Below, one piece after another: positions 9,766 through 19,305 of a stretch of 28,013 bases of DNA. A program made the translations under genes and the position numbers. Location of the stretch: positions 1-28,013 of the forward strand of contig JANMPT010000047.1 of the NCBI GenBank assembly GCA_031370005.1, in the 5' to 3' direction. The notes beneath the pieces were generated by a model that saw nothing but the letters and a program-made list of their open reading frames with translations, was not told where the DNA came from and ran no database searches. This DNA comes from Bdellovibrionales bacterium (GTDB taxonomy: Bacteria; Bdellovibrionota; Bdellovibrionia; Bdellovibrionales; Bdellovibrionaceae). Numbering within the stretch: position 1 is the first letter of the stretch; every line of letters starts with the position of its first letter.

Positions 9766-11565
9766 ATGAGAGTCGCCGATTATGTTGCGGAGCATTTGGA
9801 AAATATCGGAGTAGAGAAGGTTTTTCTATTATCAGGTGGTGGAATGATGCATCTCTTGGATGCTATTAGTCGACGCAAAAATCTTAGTTATATTTGCAAT
9901 CACCATGAGCAAGCCAGCGGCATGGCTGCTGATGGCTACGCGCGCATTAAGGGCCACCTTGGCGTATGTTTTGCAACTAGTGGCCCAGGTGGCACAAATA
10001 CTTTAACGGCGGTCGTAGGCGCGTACCAAGATTCATCGCCAGTGCTTTTTATCACTGGCCAAAGCAAAGTATCTCAAACGATAGAAGGTTCGAGTTTAGC
10101 TGGATTACGCCAATTCGGCACCTTTGAAGTGGATATTATCCCTACAGTTAAATCCGTGACAAAGTATGCAGCCTTTGTTTCGCGCGCAGAAGACATTAGA
10201 TATCATCTAGAAAAGGCCATATACCTAGCTTTGAATGGAAGGCCTGGTTCAGTTTTTTTAGATATACCCATCGATATTCAAGGAGCGCCAGTAGACCCGA
10301 CAAAGCTTCGGGCATTTGATCCAGGCGAACTGGACTCATTCAGACAAAAATCGCCATTTGAGAGGACTCAAATGGCGATTATTTGTTCTCGGCTTAAAAA
10401 TGCAAAACGCCCACTAATCATCGCAGGCTATGGAATCCGCGCCTCTGGCCAGGCTCTAAAATTTCAACAAATTGTCAACAAGTTAAATATTCCCGTAGTG
10501 ACCACTAGTTTTGGCACAGATGTTCTTGAATTTGATCACCCACTTCTTACCGGCCATCCCGGAATGAAAGGTGATCGTGCTGGAAACTTTGCTGTTCAAA
10601 CAGCCGATGTTATTTTGACAATAGGTTCTAGTCTACATGTGACCACTACTGGCTACGAACTGGATCAATTTGCACCAGATGCTTATAAAATAATGATAGA
10701 CCCCGACGCAATGGTGCTAAAGCGCGAACAGGTCGGCGTTCAGGAAAAGATTTTGTGTAGTATAGATGAGTTCTTAGATATTCTACAAAAAGAGATCGCA
10801 ACTGAATGTAAGTTTTTTCCAACTGGAAAGTGGCATTCCCAATGCCAAAAGTGGAAAAAAGAGCTTAGTGTTTATAAAGAACCCCATAAAAAAGAAGCGC
10901 AAAAAATAAATTTTTACGATTTTATCGAAGTGTTGAGTAAGCACAGCCAAGAAAATGATATTGTTGTGTCGGACGCAGGATCTGCTTTTTACGTAGTCGG
11001 ACAAGCTTATCAGGTAAAAAAAGGTCAAAGGGTTATTAATTCTGGGTCACTGGGAGCAATGGGCTTTGCTGTTCCTGCCTCTACAGGGGCTGCTGCAGCA
11101 AGTCCGAAGTCGCGCGTCCTCTGTGTTACGGGTGACGGATCCTTTCAAACAAACATTCATGAACTGGCTGTTATTAGGAAGAACAATTTGAATGTGAAGA
11201 TATTTATCGTCAACAATGATGGTTACGTTTGCATTCGCAATACACAAAGTAATTTTTTTAAAGGCCATTTTGCAGGAACTAGTTCGGAATCAGGCGTTTT
11301 TATCCCAAGCACTGAAAAAATTGCTTATGCATATGAGATCCCCTACGTTGGGACACATCATATTGATGAGTTGGACAAAACTGTTCAGCAGGTTTTAGAT
11401 GCTTCTGGCCCAATAATCTGTGAAATATTCACGCCACCCAACCAGGAAATTATTCCTACGGTTTCGTCGGTGAGGCTTGAAAATGGGTCTATGAAGTCAA
11501 AACCACTTCATGACATGTATCCATTTATGGATGAAGCCACTAGAAATTCTTATCTAGAGTTATAG
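9766..11565 (+). CDS. ThDP-dependent acetolactate-synthase-like carboligase (YerE-like)
   Basis: HHEQASGMAADGYAR, TSGPGGTN, ITGQ, GRPG, LGAMG, ThDP motif GDGS...NN. The N-terminal LSGGGMMHL differs from the housekeeping AHAS YPGG motif. GAGG RBS, ATG at 9766. Confidence 0.88.
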   Translation: MRVADYVAEHLENIGVEKVFLLSGGGMMHLLDAISRRKNLSYICNHHEQASGMAADGYARIKGHLGVCFATSGPGGTNTLTAVVGAYQDSSPVLFITGQSKVSQTIEGSSLAGLRQFGTFEVDIIPTVKSVTKYAAFVSRAEDIRYHLEKAIYLALNGRPGSVFLDIPIDIQGAPVDPTKLRAFDPGELDSFRQKSPFERTQMAIICSRLKNAKRPLIIAGYGIRASGQALKFQQIVNKLNIPVVTTSFGTDVLEFDHPLLTGHPGMKGDRAGNFAVQTADVILTIGSSLHVTTTGYELDQFAPDAYKIMIDPDAMVLKREQVGVQEKILCSIDEFLDILQKEIATECKFFPTGKWHSQCQKWKKELSVYKEPHKKEAQKINFYDFIEVLSKHSQENDIVVSDAGSAFYVVGQAYQVKKGQRVINSGSLGAMGFAVPASTGAAAASPKSRVLCVTGDGSFQTNIHELAVIRKNNLNVKIFIVNNDGYVCIRNTQSNFFKGHFAGTSSESGVFIPSTEKIAYAYEIPYVGTHHIDELDKTVQQVLDASGPIICEIFTPPNQEIIPTVSSVRLENGSMKSKPLHDMYPFMDEATRNSYLEL

Positions 11566-11574
11566 TTTTTTTTG

Positions 11575-11598
11575 AGACACTAATCGCGACCTTAATGC
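11575..11598 (-). repeat. 24-bp repeat, inverted copy of 21880..21903
   Basis: Reverse complement GCATTAAGGTCGCGATTAGTGTCT versus GCATTCAGGTCACGATTAGTGTCT at 21880: 22/24 identical. Confidence 0.75.
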
Positions 11599-11763
11599 TT
11601 GTCGCGTGATAAAAACTCTTTGCAGAGTGCATTTCTATTGACGCATTTATCAAAATTACTAGTCTGTTGGAATGCGCAATAGTTGTGTTCAAGTTTGGTG
11701 ATTTTCCCGCAGGCTTACATTGTGCGTATTCAAAAACCTGACAAAAACTAATTTCTGTTAGAC

Positions 11764-12696
11764 CTAAAAATTTATTCGTTCACGCTCAATAACTATCGGG
11801 CGGGCCATGATCTTGGTGTAGATATTGCCAATATATTCACCAATAATGCCTAAGAAGATAAGCTGTACGGACGAGAAAAAGAAGAGACCTAGAACCAATG
11901 GGGCCACTCCAATTTTAAAATCGTTCCAATATATAATTTTATAAATAAAGTAGAAAATAGTAGCGATCATACTCAGAGTTGCCAATAAAAATCCAGTTAG
12001 CGTGGTCATTCTTAAAAGCTTTTTTGAGTGACTCGTTAACCCAAGTATTCCAATATCATAGAGAGTGTAAAGGTTATTCTTTGTGAAACCTCTTTTTCTG
12101 AGAGGTTGCTTGTATTCAATGATCGCCTTTTCAAAGCCAAATTCACAAATGAGGCCTCTAAAAAATGGGTAGGGGTCGTTCAGAGACCTAAGAAGATCGA
12201 TAATGATCTTATCGTAAATGCCAAAGCCAGTGTAATTCCTAATCATTGCTACTTCGGATAGATTATCGAGAACTTTGTAATAGATCTTTCGCACGAAAAA
12301 GAACAAGGAAGACTCTTCAGATTGAGTCTTTACCCCAGCGACGATTTTAAAGCCATTTTCCCACTTTGCTACAAATTCTGGAATGAGTTCTGGTGGGTCT
12401 TGGAGGTCGGAAACCATCAGCAAAGCAGCGTCACCAGTTGCCTGTAGTAAGGCGTAAAATGGAGATCTAATATGACCAAAATTACGAGTATTAAAAATGA
12501 GCTTGATATTGGGATCTTTTGCAGCAATCTGTCTTAAAATATCTCGAGTGCAATCAGTGGAAAAGTTATCTATAAAAATATGTTCATAACTGTAGTTTTT
12601 TAACTTTGTGGCGAATTGCTCTTTTACTTTTTCATAAAGAATTTCCACATTGAGTTCTTCATTATAGCAGGGACTTACGATACTAATTTTTTTCAT
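11764..12696 (-). CDS. GtrB-like bactoprenol-phosphate glycosyltransferase (GT2 with two C-terminal TM helices)
   Basis: ISIVSPCYNEE, IDNFSTD, RNFGH, SDLQDPPELI, FFRGL motifs, two C-terminal TMs and GIIGEYIG...RP tail; family-typical start is the ATG at 12696. Confidence 0.9.
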   Translation of the reverse strand: MKKISIVSPCYNEELNVEILYEKVKEQFATKLKNYSYEHIFIDNFSTDCTRDILRQIAAKDPNIKLIFNTRNFGHIRSPFYALLQATGDAALLMVSDLQDPPELIPEFVAKWENGFKIVAGVKTQSEESSLFFFVRKIYYKVLDNLSEVAMIRNYTGFGIYDKIIIDLLRSLNDPYPFFRGLICEFGFEKAIIEYKQPLRKRGFTKNNLYTLYDIGILGLTSHSKKLLRMTTLTGFLLATLSMIATIFYFIYKIIYWNDFKIGVAPLVLGLFFFSSVQLIFLGIIGEYIGNIYTKIMARPIVIERERINF

Positions 12697-12713
12697 TTTG
12701 TTCTCAGTGTGAG

Positions 12714-12733
12714 AGGCGGATTTAAATCCGCCT
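12714..12733. repeat. Perfect 20-bp palindrome AGGCGGATTTAAATCCGCCT
   Basis: Read directly; lies 17 nt upstream of the GtrB-like ATG in the divergent intergenic region. Confidence 0.8.
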
Positions 12734-12824
12734 AAGTAAGAGATAATATTAAACATAAATAGAGAAATTTCAATAGACATCTCTGGTCTGAGTTTAATCA
12801 CTAGGAACGGTTTTCATAGAGACC

Positions 12825-12849
12825 AACTTAACGCGAAGCGCGTTAAGTT
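12825..12849. repeat. Hairpin AACTTAACGCG-AAG-CGCGTTAAGTT (11-bp perfect arms)
   Basis: Read directly; mid-point of the divergent intergenic region; no U-tract on either side. Confidence 0.75.
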
Positions 12850-13013
12850 CATGAGTTGACGTGGGTGTTCGTATTTTTTATTCCAATTGCCTCTATATAA
12901 TCGATTTTATTTCATACTTTGAGCTCTCGTATTCCAAATTTCATTATATTTGACAGACTCCCCCCGTAGCAGGAGTATCGATTTTACGTTAAAACTAGAA
13001 GCGAGGACTTACT

Positions 13014-14411
13014 GTGCGGCGATTGAGCTTTGGAGTGTTGGGACCAGTTTTTCTTTTTTTTGTTATTTTTTTTATCTTGTATTATTTGAGTCCCCCTTTT
13101 TATACATTTGATAGTTATGACTATCTCCATCTTAGTTTATATCCCAAATATGGAGCATCCCATCCTCTAGGATTTGGAAATATTCTATATTTACTTTCTA
13201 AATTGTCAGATCTTTTTAATAAAAAATATTACATTGAACTTGTTTTGATGTGGAATGCACTTAGTCTCGCCTTGTTTTTAAGCTTCGGACTTAAGCCGTT
13301 GAGAGCATTTTTTTTATCCAAAAGAACGATGAGAGTTAAGCTGGCTATCTCGACACTTATTCTCGTAGTTTCTTGGTTCACAATCACGTCGTTAATATAC
13401 GTCTCCAATTCTTTTTGGTCAGAAGCCACAAACATCCTTCATGTGGCTCTTTTTTGTTTTCTTGTGAAGTTCGCAACGTATATAAAAAAATGGCAGTCTT
13501 GTATCCTTGCCTTCCTGTTGAGCGTATGGAGTTACAATACGAGGTACTCAGAGATCGTATTGCCAATTTGTTTTTTGGGATTGGCTGGAGTGTACTATGT
13601 ACGATCACTTTATGGTCAAAAATGGCTACCTGGTAGATCACTAGCGTTAACATACGTCTTGCTGTTTGTTTTTTCGTTGTTTGGCATCCAAACGGCCTCG
13701 AAGATTTTAGAAAATATTTATCCTGGTGAGTCTGGAAAAAGCTACATCACTAACTTGGCAATATCTGCATCGATGCAATGCGCTCTTCGTTGTGACGTTA
13801 CTTTATTTGCCGCGAATTGTGATACTCCAGATGGAAAAGAGATTGTTGAAGAGTCAAAATGTAGCGAGCTGATATTTGGCTTGAAACCTTTTGGTGGAAG
13901 CGTGTTAGATATGACAGATTCTCCTGTTCAGATATTTAGACGTGTTGGGCCTATGATGACGATTAAGTGGCTGTTGTTGGCGCCCTTTACGTATCTTTCA
14001 GATACTCACGCGCTTGAGACAGGTCTATTTCAGTTTGGCGACGATCAGTTGGGCGCTAAGAATTATCCTGAGGCTACAAAATACTATTCGCAGTATTTGG
14101 TTGGAGCGAAGAAACTCACGCCCAATCTCGCCTTTATTTCTCTGGTGCAGACGTTGGACAAGTATTTTAGAACTAATAAAATTTTTCATATGCTAACAGT
14201 AATCGCGGTGCTGTTAGCGATTTTTTTTATTTTCATGTCAATAAATCCTGTCGTTCTTCTCCTCTCTTTTTACTCACTTGGTACTTATCTAGTATTTTCT
14301 TACTTAAATCCTCATGTGCCATTTAGGTATCTTGTTATCATTATTGCGCCTTCGTTCCTTGCTGCGTTAATACATTTTTTAGGATGTAACAATAAATCTT
14401 ACACCTTGTAA
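13014..14411 (+). CDS. Polytopic membrane protein, putative GT-C-fold (lipid-linked sugar) glycosyltransferase
   Basis: About 10-11 hydrophobic segments, acidic motif TFDSYDY in the first extracytoplasmic loop, SEA motif, a large soluble loop with several Cys, late FRYL motif; GAGG RBS with GTG start; divergent from the GtrB-like gene. Confidence 0.6.
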   Translation: MRRLSFGVLGPVFLFFVIFFILYYLSPPFYTFDSYDYLHLSLYPKYGASHPLGFGNILYLLSKLSDLFNKKYYIELVLMWNALSLALFLSFGLKPLRAFFLSKRTMRVKLAISTLILVVSWFTITSLIYVSNSFWSEATNILHVALFCFLVKFATYIKKWQSCILAFLLSVWSYNTRYSEIVLPICFLGLAGVYYVRSLYGQKWLPGRSLALTYVLLFVFSLFGIQTASKILENIYPGESGKSYITNLAISASMQCALRCDVTLFAANCDTPDGKEIVEESKCSELIFGLKPFGGSVLDMTDSPVQIFRRVGPMMTIKWLLLAPFTYLSDTHALETGLFQFGDDQLGAKNYPEATKYYSQYLVGAKKLTPNLAFISLVQTLDKYFRTNKIFHMLTVIAVLLAIFFIFMSINPVVLLLSFYSLGTYLVFSYLNPHVPFRYLVIIIAPSFLAALIHFLGCNNKSYTL

Positions 14412-14434
14412 GGGCGACGTCCTTGTCTTTCTAG

Positions 14435-15649
14435 TTACTCTTGTGTGGCCATGTGTCCTGGTAACCCAGTAGAATCGTAATACGCAAGGCTTCCATCTGC
14501 AAAATAATGGCTTACTATGGATTTTCTACTTATGGAAAGATCTTTTCTTTGGGAGCCGCCGTGGATTAGGTTTTCGTGCCATATGAGAATGTCTCCAGCC
14601 TTTGCAATATAGGGCTCTGAGTTTAAATTTGCTTCCGCAATAAGTTGCGGATATATCGGGACAACTTTTTGAATAAACTCAGACCAGTCACCATTTCTGA
14701 CAGTAGCGCAACCCACGTCCTTTCTTAAAATCCTCTGAAGCTTGTGACTTTTCGGCACCACCAGCAGCTCTCCAGAGTTAGGCCTTACATCTTCTAATGG
14801 GATCCATACACCGCACATATATCCTGCTGGAAATGGTGTTAGGTGAATTGTGTCTTGGTGTAGATCTTGTTGGCTTCCATAGACATAACCGAGAGTTTGG
14901 CATGGTAGTGGTTTAGAGTCGAAGATCATTGTCAGATATCTAATGACAGTTTTGTCCAACCAGAGTTTTCTTATATTTGGATACTTGTTATGTAAGTGTT
15001 CGAGGCGTTGGCTAGTTCCGTCCTTATAGCCCTGGTACTGGTTTTCTGCAGCGTCCTCAAGTTCAGTTTTACATGCATCGATAAGATTTCTGTCTATACC
15101 GCTTCTAATAATAGTAAATCCATTTTGGCTGAATTCCGCCAGTGCTTTTTGTTCATTAGAGGTTGGATTGTATTTGTTTAAAATATCGTTGAAAGCAGTG
15201 TCATAATTTTTTTTGTTGAACCAAGGGAGAAGATCATCTTCTGTTGGGGGGAAGTAGGTTGAGTTAACCTCATTAAGAAAAGCAGCTTCGCATTCCATGC
15301 GCTTCATGTGAGCTGCCAGTTTGTGGGCAAGTTCCGAGTCATTATTTATATTTAATTGGAAAGTATTTTGAAATTTTTTCGAGGCGACCTGCAGCATGAC
15401 TTCAAACTCATGATTTCCATTTGTAAGGAAGTGAGTGTTTATCGCTAAAAAATTTGTATGTAGAAGTGTAAAACTATCTACTTTGAAAAAAATCTTTCCT
15501 TCTTTGTACAAAATCAACTTAGAATTTTCTCCAACCTCGCTATCAATAGTGAACTCAAAATGCCAAAGAGCTTTAACATTTTTGGAATTTTGATAGTTGA
15601 TGCGTAAGGGCTGTGTTTTTTTCTTTAGTTTTCTAAGAAAATTAAGCAT
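14435..15649 (-). CDS. Phytanoyl-CoA dioxygenase (PhyH)-family Fe(II)/2-oxoglutarate dioxygenase with N-terminal extension
   Basis: QNGF, HQD (HxD), GVWIPLED, SGEL-VVPKSH, GDILIWHENLIHGG and RKSIVSHY motifs; abuts the upstream GT. Confidence 0.88.
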   Translation of the reverse strand: MLNFLRKLKKKTQPLRINYQNSKNVKALWHFEFTIDSEVGENSKLILYKEGKIFFKVDSFTLLHTNFLAINTHFLTNGNHEFEVMLQVASKKFQNTFQLNINNDSELAHKLAAHMKRMECEAAFLNEVNSTYFPPTEDDLLPWFNKKNYDTAFNDILNKYNPTSNEQKALAEFSQNGFTIIRSGIDRNLIDACKTELEDAAENQYQGYKDGTSQRLEHLHNKYPNIRKLWLDKTVIRYLTMIFDSKPLPCQTLGYVYGSQQDLHQDTIHLTPFPAGYMCGVWIPLEDVRPNSGELLVVPKSHKLQRILRKDVGCATVRNGDWSEFIQKVVPIYPQLIAEANLNSEPYIAKAGDILIWHENLIHGGSQRKDLSISRKSIVSHYFADGSLAYYDSTGLPGHMATQE

Positions 15650-16687
15650 TTAGTTCCTCCAAAAGTTCTTTAGTAAGTTTTTAAACTTATTTTTTATAAA
15701 ATAAATAAGCGGACGAAGGCTGGAGGCGTTGTTGTATGGATCATCGATTGGAAAGTATTTTTGATAATTACGTCTCGCCTTTTTTAAGATCTTTAGATTT
15801 GTTTTTGAAACTTCATAGGACCAAGTTGTTTGATTCCCTTTCGTTTCGCCGTTTGAAACTAAAGTATTCAAGTAGTTTTCGCGGAGCTTAAAAACAGCAC
15901 TGCTTTTGTTTGCATATTTTGTTAGCATTATAATATTTGCGCCTGAGTCTAAACCTGAGAAATGAAAAAAACGTAGGGGAGTCTCTCCGTTAATGACGTA
16001 GGATCCATTTTTATCGTCAATATTTCTTTTAGCAATATTCCATGGGGCGACGTTATACCCCAGATGTTTAAGAATAAAAACATCAAAAAAAGCCGGAGCC
16101 TGGTCCACCCATTTCTGGTCGGTGAAGAGCCCACTTTGATAGTCTGCATAAGAAAACAGTCGCAGTCGATCTGCCCACCATCTTAAAAACTGAGACGAGT
16201 TTTTTCCTCTTTTGATTCCAAGAAATCCTAGATTGAAAACCCCGTGTTTGGCAACCGAAATTTCGTTATCTAAAATAGCCTGCAGGGTTGTTTCCGGCTC
16301 GGTTAGATGAGGCGTTAGGATGATTTCGTTTGTTTCCAAGGCCTGCATTAGCTCCGACATAGGAGATAAAACTTGAGTGTCTGGGTCTAAATAGATGAAC
16401 ACATCCTCATTTATTTGAGTTTCTAAAAGATGACAAAACAGCTCTCCTTTCACTGCTGTGCAGGCTTCAACAACATCATATTTAAATAAAATCTTTTCAT
16501 GATCATTTGGCCAGACATTCTTTGGGGTAACTAGTCCGTCAAACTCCGGGTAGGAACTTATATCAAATTCGATGCGCTCGACGAGGCAAAGTATAAAGCA
16601 TGAGTTTGGATAGTGTAGCTTAATTGACTGCGCGAGAGTTCTGGCTTTTGGAAGGTAGTTGAGGTTTACAGATGTGGTAAATATCAT
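15650..16687 (-). CDS. Glycosyltransferase, GT-A fold (nucleotide-diphospho-sugar transferase)
   Basis: NYLPKARTL, CTAVK, YLDPD (DxD), LTPH, FNLGF, DQKW, YNVAPWN, FFHFSG motifs. Confidence 0.85.
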   Translation of the reverse strand: MIFTTSVNLNYLPKARTLAQSIKLHYPNSCFILCLVERIEFDISSYPEFDGLVTPKNVWPNDHEKILFKYDVVEACTAVKGELFCHLLETQINEDVFIYLDPDTQVLSPMSELMQALETNEIILTPHLTEPETTLQAILDNEISVAKHGVFNLGFLGIKRGKNSSQFLRWWADRLRLFSYADYQSGLFTDQKWVDQAPAFFDVFILKHLGYNVAPWNIAKRNIDDKNGSYVINGETPLRFFHFSGLDSGANIIMLTKYANKSSAVFKLRENYLNTLVSNGETKGNQTTWSYEVSKTNLKILKKARRNYQKYFPIDDPYNNASSLRPLIYFIKNKFKNLLKNFWRN

Positions 16688-16704
16688 AATTTAAATCCTT
16701 CTAC

Positions 16705-17928
16705 TTAATTTTTTAATAAAAATTGAATAAGGGCATATTCATCATCTAGGACGATGCCGAGTTCGGGGTTCTTTTTTATTTCATATGCAATATTGCCGCT
16801 TAGAGCAGTGGTAATCACAAATGTTTTAGCTTGAACTGCTTCGTGAAATGTAAATGAAAAGCTTTCGGGAACCTGCGACCAAAGTAAAACATAATTCACA
16901 TGGTTTTGAGCTAATAAGTTAGATGCAACACAATGCCGATCAAAATGAAAACTATATGGTATGGATGGGACATTTTCTAAATTGTTTGTCCGTTGGCCTA
17001 TATGTATGAGTTCGTATAGTCTTGTGACTAAGGCGTTTTTCGAAAGACTCAACCAAGTTTCATAACCTTTTATTGGGGAAGAATAGCCCAAGTAGGCGAT
17101 TTTTCTCTTCAATCTTGCTTCAGTAGAAATATCTTTGTATGGAGAGAGTACTTTTATTTTCTCGGAATACTTGGTGTTCAACTGAGTTTTCATGAACTCT
17201 GATGGAACCCTTATTACGTCTGAGTTGTCTAATATATATGTGAAGAGTTTCTTCCATGAACGAGTTATATAAGGATAAAACGAAGTGTTGCAGGCCGGAA
17301 TTCCAGACAGACAAAACTTATTTACTTTTGGGCAGGTGAATAAGAAGTCATGGATGTAGACAATGGTCTTGATGTTCTTGGCTTTCAGCTTTTTAAATAT
17401 ACCGATAAAGTCAGTGATTGGCCATTGCAGTATATGATGAACCCGCACCTCGGAGGGATTCATCTTTGTTAGAAATGAGTTTAGTTCGTTTGCTTTAACC
17501 TTACAAATTTCACAACCGTTTAAGATCACGCCGTAGTGTTTTGGTTTTCTTAAACCGACTCGATTGGGAGCGACTTTGGGGAAAACAAAAACATTATCTT
17601 TTCCAAGGAGGAGGAGCTCTTCAACTTCGGAGATAATTATTCTTTCAGTTCCACCTGTTGATTTTAAGTAGTTTGAATGTCCAAACAGAAGTACCGCTCC
17701 CTGAGCATTTTCAAGTCGAGAGGGGAGCGGGCCAAACTGAACTGTTCTAGCTTTTATGTTATGTCTTAGAAAAAATAAAACACTTCTGACCAGTTTCAAA
17801 AGCGGCTTCGGTGCAAACTTGATAATTAATGAATATAATTTAAAAAAGATTTGTTTTAACAATGAAATGTTATATATTGAGGTGGTTTTTCCATTGTCCA
17901 AAGGGAACTCCGTTTTTATCTTTTTCAC
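16705..17928 (-). CDS. Glycosyltransferase, GT-B fold (GT4-like); start uncertain
   Basis: GGTER, HDFLFTCP, VPSEFM, YLG-SPIKG, WSQVPESFSFTFHEA (E-x7-E) motifs. The GTG at 17928 overlaps rmlC by 59 nt, so the true start may lie downstream. Confidence 0.75.
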   Translation of the reverse strand: MKKIKTEFPLDNGKTTSIYNISLLKQIFFKLYSLIIKFAPKPLLKLVRSVLFFLRHNIKARTVQFGPLPSRLENAQGAVLLFGHSNYLKSTGGTERIIISEVEELLLLGKDNVFVFPKVAPNRVGLRKPKHYGVILNGCEICKVKANELNSFLTKMNPSEVRVHHILQWPITDFIGIFKKLKAKNIKTIVYIHDFLFTCPKVNKFCLSGIPACNTSFYPYITRSWKKLFTYILDNSDVIRVPSEFMKTQLNTKYSEKIKVLSPYKDISTEARLKRKIAYLGYSSPIKGYETWLSLSKNALVTRLYELIHIGQRTNNLENVPSIPYSFHFDRHCVASNLLAQNHVNYVLLWSQVPESFSFTFHEAVQAKTFVITTALSGNIAYEIKKNPELGIVLDDEYALIQFLLKN

Positions 17929-18418
17929 TTATTTTTAAGACAGGGTTTGGCCATTTGACTCCAAGCACCTCATCGCTCCATAATATACATCCTTCCCCCG
18001 CCGCCGACCACATATTATCTACCTTATACAATACATCCGCGCCCTCTTTACTTGTAACGCAGAAACCGTGGGCAAAGCCGGCGGGAATCCAGAACAGCTC
18101 GGGATTGTCTCCATGAAGAGCGACTGAAACGTGTTTTCCAAAAGTCGGTGACCCCTTGCGAACATCGACCGCCACATCAAAGATCTCGCCCCGAGTGCAA
18201 GATACAAGCTTCCCTTGCGGAGGATTGTACTGAAAATGAAGTCCACGCAACACGCCATAAGAAGAGCGCGAAAAATTGTCCTGAACAAAATTTGTCGGAA
18301 GGCCCAGCTCTTTAAATTTGGCTTCGTTGTATCTCTCAACAAAGAAGCCTCGGTTGTCGTGAAAGGTCTTTAGCTTAATTAGTAACGGCCCCTCAATATC
18401 AAATTTCTGAATTTCCAA
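17870..18418 (-). CDS. rmlC: dTDP-4-dehydrorhamnose 3,5-epimerase
   Basis: DNRGFF, QDNFSRS-GVLRGLHFQ, DVAVDVR-GSPTFG, IPAGFAHGF, YKVD, SEKD motifs; GGAG RBS with TTG start. Confidence 0.97.
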   Translation of the reverse strand: MEIQKFDIEGPLLIKLKTFHDNRGFFVERYNEAKFKELGLPTNFVQDNFSRSSYGVLRGLHFQYNPPQGKLVSCTRGEIFDVAVDVRKGSPTFGKHVSVALHGDNPELFWIPAGFAHGFCVTSKEGADVLYKVDNMWSAAGEGCILWSDEVLGVKWPNPVLKISEKDKNGVPFGQWKNHLNI

Positions 18419-18426
18419 AAGCTCTC

Positions 18427-19305
18427 CTAATTCAACTTTCCAGCAATAAGATTTTTCAAATACTCCGTGTAGCTCGAGTTCGGATAAGACTCCACGACCT
18501 TCTCAAGCTGGTTCTTGGTAATAAACCCCTTGAAATAAGCAATCTCTTCAATACAAGCAATCTTCAAGCCTTGGCGGGCCTCAATCGTTTGAACAAACTG
18601 AGAAGATGAAATCAAAGACTCATGGGTCCCGGTATCCAGCCAAGCAACGCCTCGGCCAAGTTTTTCAACCCGCAGCGTGCGATCATTAAGATAACTCCTG
18701 TTTAGATCCGTAATTTCAAGCTCCCCACGAGGCGAGGGCTTTAGCTGTTTTGTTCGCTCCACCACGCTGCCATCATAGAAATACAAACCCGTCACCGCCC
18801 AACGCGATTTCGGCTGTTTTGGTTTCTCTTCAATGGAGAGCGCCTTTCCGGTAGAGTCAAACTCCACCACGCCATATCTTTCAGGGTCCTGCACGTGATA
18901 GGCAAAGACAGTTGCTCCATTTTTAAGGTCGGCAGCCTGCATCAGTTGATCGGTTATATCGTGGCCATAAAAAAGATTGTCTCCTAAAACAAGACAGGTC
19001 GGAGACCCCTGAAGGAACTCTTCAGCCAGCAAGAAGGCCTGAGCAATGCCCTCGGGCTTGGCTTGCACCTTATAGGTTAGCTTCATTCCCAGTTGATTGC
19101 CATCCCCCAAAAGCTCGGCAATTAGTGGTGTGTCCCTAGGCGTGCTGATAATCAGAATCTCGCGAATTCCTGCAAGCATCAGTGTGGAGAGTGGATAGTA
19201 AATCGTCGGCTTATCATAAACCGGCAAAAGCTGCTTTGAAACAGATTTGGTAGTGGGAAAAAGTCGGGTGCCATTACCGCCCGCAAGTAAGATACCCTTC
19301 ATCAT
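18427..19305 (-). CDS. rmlA: Glucose-1-phosphate thymidylyltransferase
   Basis: [54 protein letters not shown] motifs. Confidence 0.98.
   Translation of the reverse strand: MMKGILLAGGNGTRLFPTTKSVSKQLLPVYDKPTIYYPLSTLMLAGIREILIISTPRDTPLIAELLGDGNQLGMKLTYKVQAKPEGIAQAFLLAEEFLQGSPTCLVLGDNLFYGHDITDQLMQAADLKNGATVFAYHVQDPERYGVVEFDSTGKALSIEEKPKQPKSRWAVTGLYFYDGSVVERTKQLKPSPRGELEITDLNRSYLNDRTLRVEKLGRGVAWLDTGTHESLISSSQFVQTIEARQGLKIACIEEIAYFKGFITKNQLEKVVESYPNSSYTEYLKNLIAGKLN

Noticed and set aside
9766..11565. Housekeeping acetolactate synthase ilvB/ilvI
   Set aside because: No small subunit or ilvC nearby; the GGGMMHL motif and the context fit the sugar-branching subfamily better.
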